From Candidatus Thorarchaeota archaeon (lineage in GTDB: Archaea > Asgardarchaeota > Thorarchaeia > Thorarchaeales > Thorarchaeaceae): DNA of 64,000 nucleotides. The stretch spans positions 32,001 to 96,000 of the forward strand of contig JBHLRP010000004.1 in the NCBI GenBank assembly GCA_048882485.1, written 5' to 3'. This document shows, piece by piece, positions 38,781 to 47,131 of the stretch. The first letter of the stretch is position 1; every line of letters begins with the position of its first letter. The translations under genes were made by a program, and so were the position numbers. Under the pieces are notes generated by a model. The model saw only the letters and a program-made list of their open reading frames with translations, was not told where the DNA came from and searched no databases.

Positions 38781-39776
38781 TCAAATGATGCCCGAAGGAT
38801 AGTAGAATCCCAGGACAAAGATAACAATCAACGACCCAATACCCGCGATTATATCACGGATCATCTGGTCCTCTCCTAACTGAGGAGTAGAGCCTCCCCA
38901 ATTGAATCCCACAAACAACGACAGTCCGATTATCGCGAGACCACTTGTATCTAGCCATGCCCATTCGGTGAGTACAGCCAGGTATGTGTCTGAGAGAAAC
39001 GCGACGATTAGCCAAATGATTTTCCATACGAATAGCGCGATTACTCCAGTTATCGCACCCCTCATATAACCCGAGGAAGTTGGCATCTTTGAATCGACCA
39101 TGGCCATAAACGTGCCCAGAGTCCATGCTCCACAAATGATTAGCAAGAGGTTTGCCATCCAGAAGCTGGACCATGACCGGAAGACTCCACCCATTAGCCC
39201 GAGTGCCCAGAAGATTGGTGTCATCATCAGGAACATTGTGGTTTCAAAGAAGAGATGGGCAAGATTGCATTCCATTCGCCTGTAGAAGCCGAACTTTACA
39301 ATGCTCTGGTCGAGGGTCTTCTTGTTTCCATTTTTGATGAACCTGCCTACGTCCTCAATCTCTACGGGTCCGAAGACAGCGTTCCATCCATTGTCTGATA
39401 ATACAGCCTTTGAGATTGAGCTCGCAGCAAGTTGAGGGAGTATTAGATTCCTGTGAGAAACTACGCTCTCCAATTTGGTTGAGCTGATTGCGGTTAGTAC
39501 AGAGTCAGTGTTTACATGGCCGCCTCTGCTGCCACACCAGACATTGATTCCATGACCATCAACAACCAGAAGATGACAGCTCAAGTGCTGTTTTTCAATC
39601 TCCTCAGTCACTTTGAACACAGTCATGTAATAGTCTGTTGTGACAATCACTGGTGATTCATGATCCGCTCCATTGAATGAGAACAAACCTTGGGCTGACT
39701 TGATGGCCAATGCGGGCCACATCCATTGCGAGCCTAACAGACATGCAAAGTACTTCCAGCCTTTCTTCATAGTCAT
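38781..39776 (-). CDS. HgcA-like corrinoid-binding membrane protein (CdhD-like domain plus about 5 TM)
   Basis: SPVIVT, LLVVDGHGINVWC cap helix, L..VVSHRNLILPQLAA, FGPV, C-terminal TMs with FNWGGSTP. Confidence 0.85.
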   Translation of the reverse strand: MTMKKGWKYFACLLGSQWMWPALAIKSAQGLFSFNGADHESPVIVTTDYYMTVFKVTEEIEKQHLSCHLLVVDGHGINVWCGSRGGHVNTDSVLTAISSTKLESVVSHRNLILPQLAASSISKAVLSDNGWNAVFGPVEIEDVGRFIKNGNKKTLDQSIVKFGFYRRMECNLAHLFFETTMFLMMTPIFWALGLMGGVFRSWSSFWMANLLLIICGAWTLGTFMAMVDSKMPTSSGYMRGAITGVIALFVWKIIWLIVAFLSDTYLAVLTEWAWLDTSGLAIIGLSLFVGFNWGGSTPQLGEDQMIRDIIAGIGSLIVIFVLGFYYPSGII

Positions 39777-40423
39777 GCCTCCGCTACAAATAACTCATAG
39801 AGACCTCCCATTAGAGTCACTCTATACCTGGGGCTCAGGCCAGCAGATCTCATTGAAGCAGGAATATTGTGATGAGTGTGTGACACAACATTACTCAATC
39901 GAGAAACTAGTCTGAAGCTCAATCTTCGAATCAGCCCAAAGAAAGGTGCAATGAGTCTACTCTGTGGAATACCCTCTCCGCCAACTACCACTTGCCCGCC
40001 TCGGACAACTACTCTCGCTGCTTCGTTCAGGAAAGCCTTCAGTTGTTTCGGCTGTAGCTCGCTCACCATTAGGGTGCTCACAACCACGTCAAAGACACCA
40101 TCATCGAAATCAAGCGCAGTGGCATCTCCATATCTGACATCTATGCGTCTTGTCAGGTTGTGCTTCTTGACATGCTCTTCAGCAATTTGAAGCATTTCCT
40201 TATTGGTGTCTACTCCAATCCCACGGATGCCTCGCCTTCCAGCTTCGATTAGGAGTTTCCCAGTGCCACAACCAATGTCAAGCAATTTACCTTTCCTTGG
40301 TAAGAGATTATCAACGATATAGTTCCGGAGGGCGCTGTCCTGTTTGAATGTGAGAAGAGATATCCACCTATCATACTGAGTTGCTGCTCTATCCTCTGAT
40401 AGCTTCATCAGGATGGTTGCCAT
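39773..40423 (-). CDS. SAM-dependent methyltransferase resembling corrinoid-protein-associated (CpaM-type) methyltransferases
   Basis: LMKLSE...QYDRWISLLT N-terminus, LDIGCGTG, FDVVVSTLMVSEL; ATGA overlap with the hgcA-like gene. Confidence 0.85.
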   Translation of the reverse strand: MATILMKLSEDRAATQYDRWISLLTFKQDSALRNYIVDNLLPRKGKLLDIGCGTGKLLIEAGRRGIRGIGVDTNKEMLQIAEEHVKKHNLTRRIDVRYGDATALDFDDGVFDVVVSTLMVSELQPKQLKAFLNEAARVVVRGGQVVVGGEGIPQSRLIAPFFGLIRRLSFRLVSRLSNVVSHTHHNIPASMRSAGLSPRYRVTLMGGLYELFVAEA

Positions 40424-40489
40424 TGTGGATACGCCACATGTACTTAGGACAGTTCAGCTATATCAGGATGCTGTACTTCCAAGCGGGCT

Positions 40490-40864
40490 TCAGCCTTTGA
40501 TAATCATGGGTGTGACAAACGTCCAGAAACCTACACCGAGCAGGACTATGTAGTTCAGGTCTCCCAGACTAATGGCCAATATTCTGATGCTTGCTAAAAT
40601 GATGTAAAGCATTGATGTCACAAATGCAACAACAAGTTGGGGCCGAAGGTCAACCTTCTAATCTCGAATCTCAAAATGCCAAAACAGTACAATGGCAGCA
40701 ATAAGGACCATCACGACTGCTGCGACTTGAAAGGGAACGTTCAGTGTGGCAAATGGGGTCAAAAGTCCCTCTACGGTTGTCATGAGCGCAATAATGTAGA
40801 TTGGCGTCAGTTTGCCAAGCCTGTGAAGATAACTATCATCTGCATCAATATTTGTCAATCTCAT
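40490..40864 (-). pseudogene. Four-TM membrane protein gene with in-frame TAG at 40658-40660
   Basis: ORF 40658-40864 continues past the TAG for 55 codons (KVDLRPQLVVAFVTSMLYIILAS...VLLGVGFWTFVTPMIIKG) to TGA 40490-40492. Confidence 0.75.
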
Positions 40865-41434
40865 TTCCTCCTGACCAGACTTGTTTCAGTCTGGACTTGT
40901 CTTTCATCTCTTCAAGCGCAAGTAGGCTGCACTTGGTTGGCAATTAGTTATCGCTAGAGGACGAAACATGCTACTGCCTATGTTCGAGGGGGTTTCGTGG
41001 GCATTGATTGGCGCCAAACCATTTTCGAGTGTTTGACTTAACTATTTCAAATAGGTGACCTCATATATTACAGGGATAACGTCCGATTCGGGAGACGCAG
41101 ATGAAGTGCAGGCGGTTATACACGCGGGCATATCTTACGCGGATGAAGTCAAGAGATTATGTCGATAGGACCCATGATCTCTCCAAGATCGAGATTGTTC
41201 TACCGCAGCGAATCAAGAGTTAGTCTGCACCGAGATGTTTCATTTTGATAGTGCCACGATAGGGTGTTCTCTAGACGCCTGTCAGACTTGGCTATCGTAC
41301 CCACATGGAACAATTTGAAGCATTATGAAGGTTCTAGTAGCGCTAGAAGGGATATGGGGTCTTCTAGCAGGCAGAATTCAGTACTCTTGTTCATCTTTAT
41401 TATATATGCTCGATTTAAGACGCATCTTGGTGAT

Positions 41435-42673
41435 ATGGTGAAACATCCCAAACTTCTGAGATATGCAGCTGTGCTCGCATTTCTAGTTTTGCTGCTCTCG
41501 CCAATGAGCGTACTTGCCCAAAGTGATGACGGCGATGAGCATGAAGAAGAACATGAGCCTGAATATTCTAGAGATAGCGATGGTACAGCTTGGATACAGA
41601 CCGATATAGTCACCGTACGGCTTGATGGTGAACAGCCTATTTTCCAGTTCTGGTACTCATCCGATAGCAATGGAAGCCACGCCAGATTCCTTGTGAGCTA
41701 TCTGATGATTGTTGAGTTTGAAGATCTCAATGGTGATGGAGTCTACCAGGTTAATGAAACGTTAGACTTCGCTCCGCTCGACGCCTTTGAGTGGGCCCTT
41801 CAGACTGGAGCGGTCACTGATGAACATGGACATAACACAGAGGTCTATGCATCGTATACAAAAGGCGGACTAAGTGAAGATTGGGAAGATGATTGGTTTG
41901 AGGATTGGATGCCCGGCTATAAGGAAGTGGATGAGCCCGAAGAGCCGTTCATCCTGAGTAGCGACAGTGACATCAACTTCACTCGTTTCGAAGGAATGAC
42001 CCTTCAATTCTACGCCCATATGTACCTAGATGACTACAATGGGACGGTGAGTGATGATGAAGGGGTCAAAGCCAATTACACTGTGCTCGGCGGAGTCGAG
42101 TTGAAAATTGACATCGAAATCGGGAACTTCCCATATCTCTCTGAAACATCTCATGTCGCGATACTGAACTTCCTCCAAGAGGACGTCGCTTCCGAAGATG
42201 ACTCTGATCACCACTTCAGACTTCATGAAGATGATGAGGATGAGGACCGTGACTCTGAGGATCTAATGCCGGAGGAGGAGTGGGGAAAGAAATTCGAGGA
42301 TGCGGATGAGGATGATGATGGGCATGAGGATGATGTTCAAGAACTCTCCTTGGTTGAAGCTTCAACTGATACAACACGCGGATTCTATCGCTGGCTGGAC
42401 AAAGCTGTCATGACTCTTCCCGGGGGAAGCCAGGAGGCAGTTGATGTCGAGGCGTCCTACTGGACTAACGGAAACGCCCTACTGCTATTCTTCTCCTACC
42501 CCAACTTTGACGGGGGATCTCTCTTACACGACCCATCTATGAGGTTTGCAGAGCTTGCAGCACCTCTCGGGAATGGTGGACTCATTATTCCGGAGGGCAT
42601 TGTACTCCCGGCAATTGCTGCTATCGCGCTTGTTGCAGTAGTTGGCCTAGGAATAGCAATTAAAAAACGTTAG
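41435..42673 (+). CDS. Secreted, C-terminally anchored acidic surface protein
   Basis: Signal peptide MVKHPKLL..VLA, D/E/H-rich loops, DLNGDG Ca-binding-type loop, C-terminal TM plus KKR. Confidence 0.8.
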   Translation: MVKHPKLLRYAAVLAFLVLLLSPMSVLAQSDDGDEHEEEHEPEYSRDSDGTAWIQTDIVTVRLDGEQPIFQFWYSSDSNGSHARFLVSYLMIVEFEDLNGDGVYQVNETLDFAPLDAFEWALQTGAVTDEHGHNTEVYASYTKGGLSEDWEDDWFEDWMPGYKEVDEPEEPFILSSDSDINFTRFEGMTLQFYAHMYLDDYNGTVSDDEGVKANYTVLGGVELKIDIEIGNFPYLSETSHVAILNFLQEDVASEDDSDHHFRLHEDDEDEDRDSEDLMPEEEWGKKFEDADEDDDGHEDDVQELSLVEASTDTTRGFYRWLDKAVMTLPGGSQEAVDVEASYWTNGNALLLFFSYPNFDGGSLLHDPSMRFAELAAPLGNGGLIIPEGIVLPAIAAIALVAVVGLGIAIKKR

Positions 42674-42680
42674 TCAAAAC

Positions 42681-42704
42681 TGGAGGGGGACAATTCTCCC
42701 TCCA
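42681..42704 (+). terminator. Stem-loop after the surface protein gene
   Basis: TGGAGGGGGA-caat-TCTCCCTCCA, 10-bp stem with one G-U pair. Confidence 0.5.
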
Positions 42705-42754
42705 ACCATTTAGTTTCACACCACAACCTTATTGGATGAATTGATACTACAGAC

Positions 42755-43777
42755 ATGACAGGATTGCTAATGATGGCCACCAAGAGCACAAAGATATTCG
42801 CACTAACAACCGGCTTTCTTGTGATGCTAATTGTGATAGGATTTCCCATTCCAGTCCATGGTCAGACCCAAGATTTCGTCCTGTCCAATGTGGTGATAGA
42901 TGCCATTCTAAATCAGAATTGCACTACAAGCATCTCAATTGAAGCGGATATTGTGAATAATGGGTCAGTCGATTTGAGCTTCATCGACCTAAGGCTAGAT
43001 ATTCGGAGTTTGAATGTGACAAATAGTGTTCTTGGAGGCGGGCATGCTGAAACGGTTCTTGAACCCAAGGAGCGATATTCTATGGTCAGAGTTTCTTCAG
43101 CATCTTTGATACCGCTCAATAGTACAAGCCATCTCTCGCTCATGCTGACAACTAATGAACTACAACAACGACAAGATCCCTCTCCAACTGGACCATTATG
43201 TACAAATCATTTCATCTATTACATACGGCCCTTGAATGAGATACAGGGCCTCACCTTTAGGACTCACCTCCCTGCTCATGCTACATTGGAAGCGGATGCA
43301 CCAGCACCACTATTCCCCGTACCAACAAGCAATTTCACCGATGGAAATAGGATGGTCTTCACCTGGGAAACCGCCGTTCTACGTCCAGGGGAAGAACAAG
43401 CCTTCATCGTGAAGTATCAGCTGCCTACTGGGCTTTTACAAACCGACTCTTCAGAACCTGTTAATCTTCTCCTCTTTGCGGGAGTAGGTGTAGCAATTGG
43501 TGCGGTTGCTGCATTATCGATTGAAAGACTGCCTACAGCGATTAGACAGCTCCGGACAAAGAGAGAGAGCACAATCAGTGTTGTTTCAAGTCAAGAGCAG
43601 CAGGTCCTAGCTTTGCTGGATGGCAAGGGAGGATCATGTCTTCAGAGAGAAATCTATGAAGAGCTGAACATGTCTCAATCAATGGCAAGCATGCTGCTGA
43701 ACTCGCTTGAAGAGAGAGGCTTAATAAAGCGATTTAGAGATGGCCGCGAGAACATGGTCCACAAGATGGAAACTTGA
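42755..43777 (+). CDS. Membrane-anchored regulator: extracellular domain, TM, cytoplasmic winged helix
   Basis: Signal peptide, beta-rich domain, TM, then EQQVLALL..GG.CLQREI...MSQSMAS..LNSLEERGLI.R..GREN. Confidence 0.8.
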   Translation: MTGLLMMATKSTKIFALTTGFLVMLIVIGFPIPVHGQTQDFVLSNVVIDAILNQNCTTSISIEADIVNNGSVDLSFIDLRLDIRSLNVTNSVLGGGHAETVLEPKERYSMVRVSSASLIPLNSTSHLSLMLTTNELQQRQDPSPTGPLCTNHFIYYIRPLNEIQGLTFRTHLPAHATLEADAPAPLFPVPTSNFTDGNRMVFTWETAVLRPGEEQAFIVKYQLPTGLLQTDSSEPVNLLLFAGVGVAIGAVAALSIERLPTAIRQLRTKRESTISVVSSQEQQVLALLDGKGGSCLQREIYEELNMSQSMASMLLNSLEERGLIKRFRDGRENMVHKMET

Positions 43778-43794
43778 GAAGTGATATTGCCGCC

Positions 43795-44742
43795 TTATTC
43801 AGAGGCTGCCGCATCTTGAGACGTTTCAATCTCAATACCAAGATTCTGCCAATTTGGCTGGTTCTTTCTTTGCAGATACTGCAAGTGGGTAGTAAGACCA
43901 AACTCATCAGGCTCATGTCCAAACGCCAGAGCGAGTAGCTCCATGACATGCATGAGATCGAAATGATACTCCGCCTCAAAGTGTTTCTGAATTTCAACCT
44001 GTCCAAGGTCCAGTTGTAGTTCACAGAATGGACACGGAGTAACAATGATGTCAGCTCCTCCCGCGGCTAAGAGACTTTCAAACTTCTGTCTTGTAAAGTC
44101 AAGGGCGGTCTTGACATCTGCTGTTCTAACTGCTCCTCCAGCGCCACAGCAAATTAGCTCATCTTTGTATGGCACATATGTTGCACCGGATGCCTCACAG
44201 AGTTCTCGGAATATATGAGGCCGCTCTGAATCATCTTTCTTCTTGATCAGCTTGGGCCGCATCCAATGACATCCGGGATGAAGAGCCATTCGTACACCTT
44301 CGAGTGGGCGTGTAACACGTTTTCGAATCTTGTCCAGCCCTGCCGTATTGTAGAGCGCATCAACATAATGAGTGACCTCTATTGTACCTTTGAACTCGCG
44401 CCCAATCTCAGCGAGATTCTCATTAACCGCAGTTCTAAGCTCTTCGTCATGTTTGAGCTCATGGTCAGCATCCCAAAGACTCGCAAAGCACCCATTGCAT
44501 CCAGTAGTGATATTCGTGCCTGCCTCTTCAGCTATTGTAAGGTTTCGTGCTGCTATTGATGCCCAGGTCACTTTATCAAATGATCCAAAGACTCCGGGGG
44601 CCGGACAACAGGTAGCTTTCTCCATAGGTAGAAGATCCATGTCAAGGTCTTCGAACACAAGCTCAGCAGCTTTCTGTACGCTAGGATATCTATGGGGAAT
44701 TATGCAGCCTAGGAAATGTAAGAACTTTGGTCTCTTTGCCAT
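43795..44742 (-). CDS. hdrB: Heterodisulfide reductase subunit B
   Basis: FLGC, CCPAPG, CNGC, HPGCH, CCGAGG, CPFC. Confidence 0.93.
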   Translation of the reverse strand: MAKRPKFLHFLGCIIPHRYPSVQKAAELVFEDLDMDLLPMEKATCCPAPGVFGSFDKVTWASIAARNLTIAEEAGTNITTGCNGCFASLWDADHELKHDEELRTAVNENLAEIGREFKGTIEVTHYVDALYNTAGLDKIRKRVTRPLEGVRMALHPGCHWMRPKLIKKKDDSERPHIFRELCEASGATYVPYKDELICCGAGGAVRTADVKTALDFTRQKFESLLAAGGADIIVTPCPFCELQLDLGQVEIQKHFEAEYHFDLMHVMELLALAFGHEPDEFGLTTHLQYLQRKNQPNWQNLGIEIETSQDAAASE

Positions 44743-44748
44743 ATTGTT

Positions 44749-45300
44749 TTACTCCTCCTTCTCTTCCTTCTCAGCAACAAGCTTGTCGAAACCACTCTTC
44801 TTTGCGATCTTGACAACTTCCTCAATGGCTTCAGGGTAACTGCTTGCGTTTGGTGGCTTCTCATCAAGGCCAACCTTCTTTCTTAGGCCTTCCCAAGTTT
44901 CACCACCCAGAGGAACTGCATGTCCCGTGTTGAGCACATTCATCCCCACCTTTCGATGGGGCTCAAGCATATATCCCTCAGCGACTGCGACATTTCGGAT
45001 AGCCTTGATGACCTCTGTTGGCTGAACGTCCTGAGGGCATCGATCAGTACAGGTATAGCATGTCGTGCAGTACCATAGCTCCATGCTAGAGATCACTTCT
45101 TCCTTTAGACCAAGTAGGGCCTTTCTGATGATACCTCGCACCAGGTAGTTTGTGCGAGCCCCTGCAGGACAACTCCCGCTACATGTACCACACTGATAGC
45201 AGCTCTGAATGTTAGGACCGCCTATTCTCTTGATCATGTCAACAAATTCTGTGTCGACCTCATCAATCATATGGATGCCCGGCTGGTCTGCACTAGTCAT
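44749..45300 (-). CDS. hdrC: Heterodisulfide reductase subunit C
   Basis: CYQCGTCSGSCP, CTTCYTCTDRCP, TGHAVP. Confidence 0.93.
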   Translation of the reverse strand: MTSADQPGIHMIDEVDTEFVDMIKRIGGPNIQSCYQCGTCSGSCPAGARTNYLVRGIIRKALLGLKEEVISSMELWYCTTCYTCTDRCPQDVQPTEVIKAIRNVAVAEGYMLEPHRKVGMNVLNTGHAVPLGGETWEGLRKKVGLDEKPPNASSYPEAIEEVVKIAKKSGFDKLVAEKEEKEE

Positions 45301-45409
45301 AGTGATGCACCGACTACCCGCGGTGCTTAGATTCCGGCCTTAAATCCATTGTCAAAAGGACGTTTCGCGAGAAGCAAAGACTCATTCCCTTTTGCGTCCA
45401 TCATGAGCC

Positions 45410-46492
45410 ATGCTCTGTCCAAATCATGAGTATGAAGGCAGAATCGCATCCAAATCAATAGGACACTGTTCAATCTGCTTGGGTACTGATGATAGTGCTA
45501 TTCATGCTGCCAAGGACAAGCACAAACAGCTCAGATTCAATCAAAACTTGGTTCCCAAAATACCTGAAAGCGGGAACATAGTATGTCCTGACTGCGGAAA
45601 CCATTGCAGACTCATTGAGGGGGAGATTGGTTACTGCAACCTCCGTGTCGTAGAGCATGGAGCGGTCACTCATCGATTTCAAGGAAAGGCGATAGTTTCA
45701 TGGTATTTTGACCCACTTCCAACCAATTGCGTGGCTGATTGGGTGTGTCCGGTCACAAAGGGCGATCCAACTTTTACGTACGCCAGACGATTCAACAATC
45801 TTGCAGTATTCTATGGGTCATGCAATTCTGATTGCCTATTCTGCCAGAATGACAGTTTCAGAGAGATGATGGCTAAGGGAGAACCCTTGATGACGCCTAG
45901 AGAATTGGCTGCAGTAGCAAACGACAGGACTGCTTGTGTTTGCTATTTCGGTGGCGATCCAGCGTGCAATCCGGTTCATTCCTTGGAAACCTCAAAGATA
46001 ATCTATGAGGAACGCCAGGCCCGAGTATGCTATGAAACCAACGGTAACATGTCACGTAAGTGGCTCGCTCGGACTGCTGAAATAGTCATGAAATCAGGGG
46101 GAACTTTCAAGTTCGACCTTAAGGCAGTGTCTCCTCGATTGTACACATCGCTCACAAGCATGACCAATACAACCGTTCTCAACAATTTCAGATTCCTCGC
46201 AAAGAAGGGATTGGAACGTGATGGAGAGTTTCTTGTAGCCAGCATTTTGCTGGTTCCTGGATATGTGGGTGTAAGTGAGGTAAGGAAGCTGTGCGAATTC
46301 ATAATGAAATGCGATTCAACGATTCCAACTGCGCTTCTTGGTTTCCATCCACATCACGCCATGTCTGATCTCCCCCGAACAAGCAGGGCTCATGCGAAGG
46401 CTGCAATAGATACAGCTGAAGATGTTGGGCTGGCAAATGTGAGAATAGGAAACATGGGTCTACTCTCGACAAATGAATACTCGTTCGACTAA
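45410..46492 (+). CDS. Radical SAM protein (AmmeMemoRadiSAM/PflA-like) with extra Cys motifs
   Basis: CNSDCLFCQN, FGGDP, ETNG; N-terminal CSIC and CPDCGNHC. Confidence 0.88.
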   Translation: MLCPNHEYEGRIASKSIGHCSICLGTDDSAIHAAKDKHKQLRFNQNLVPKIPESGNIVCPDCGNHCRLIEGEIGYCNLRVVEHGAVTHRFQGKAIVSWYFDPLPTNCVADWVCPVTKGDPTFTYARRFNNLAVFYGSCNSDCLFCQNDSFREMMAKGEPLMTPRELAAVANDRTACVCYFGGDPACNPVHSLETSKIIYEERQARVCYETNGNMSRKWLARTAEIVMKSGGTFKFDLKAVSPRLYTSLTSMTNTTVLNNFRFLAKKGLERDGEFLVASILLVPGYVGVSEVRKLCEFIMKCDSTIPTALLGFHPHHAMSDLPRTSRAHAKAAIDTAEDVGLANVRIGNMGLLSTNEYSFD

Positions 46493-46582
46493 TGCTTTCC
46501 AAAAATCTAGACGCAAAACCAATCCTTATATCTCCAAATACTCGGCGTCCTAACGGAATCCAGATTTGCGAAGGTAACCCTA

Positions 46583-47131
46583 ATGGAGAAAAGCTTCTCG
46601 GGCGAACGAATCGAGTCTGAAGACATCGACCCGCAATTCACTGAGAAAATCATTGAGGCAGGGGCTGACAGAATTCGGACTTGTATTCAGTGCGGAACAT
46701 GTTCCAGTGTTTGCCCGAGTGGACGTCGGACTGCCTTCAGGACACGTGAACTGATGAGAAAGGCGGTTCTTGGTCTCAAGGATGAAGTTCTAGCCAGTCC
46801 AGATCTTTGGCTCTGTGCGACTTGTTACACATGTCTTGAGAGATGCCCTAGAGAAATCAGGGTGACGGATGCAATAATCATCATGAGGAACATGGCTGTT
46901 GAAGAGGGGTTCATGCTTCCTCAACACAGGAAAGCCTCACAGAAGCTCATCTCAACTGGCCATGCTGTTCCAATCGATGAAGAAAATCGCGAATTGCGAA
47001 AAGACCTCGGTCTAGAGGAATTGCCACCCACTACGCACTCAAAGAAGAAGGCTCTAAAAGATGTTCAGAAGATATTGAGGAAGACTGGATTCAAGAGCCT
47101 CATTGATAGGCAGACCAAGGAGGGAGAATGA
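46583..47131 (+). CDS. hdrC: Heterodisulfide reductase subunit C
   Basis: CIQCGTCSSVCPSGRRT, CATCYTCLERCP, TGHAVP. Confidence 0.93.
   Translation: MEKSFSGERIESEDIDPQFTEKIIEAGADRIRTCIQCGTCSSVCPSGRRTAFRTRELMRKAVLGLKDEVLASPDLWLCATCYTCLERCPREIRVTDAIIIMRNMAVEEGFMLPQHRKASQKLISTGHAVPIDEENRELRKDLGLEELPPTTHSKKKALKDVQKILRKTGFKSLIDRQTKEGE

Noticed and set aside
38781-39776. Calling this bona fide hgcA (mercury methylator)
   Set aside because: The cap helix deviates from N(V/I)WCA(A/G)GK and the ferredoxin lacks HgcB C-terminal cysteines; kept as HgcA-like.
42220-42340. GATGAG/GATGAT repeats as a tandem repeat or CRISPR array
   Set aside because: Codon repeats of an Asp/Glu-rich protein segment; no repeat-spacer periodicity.
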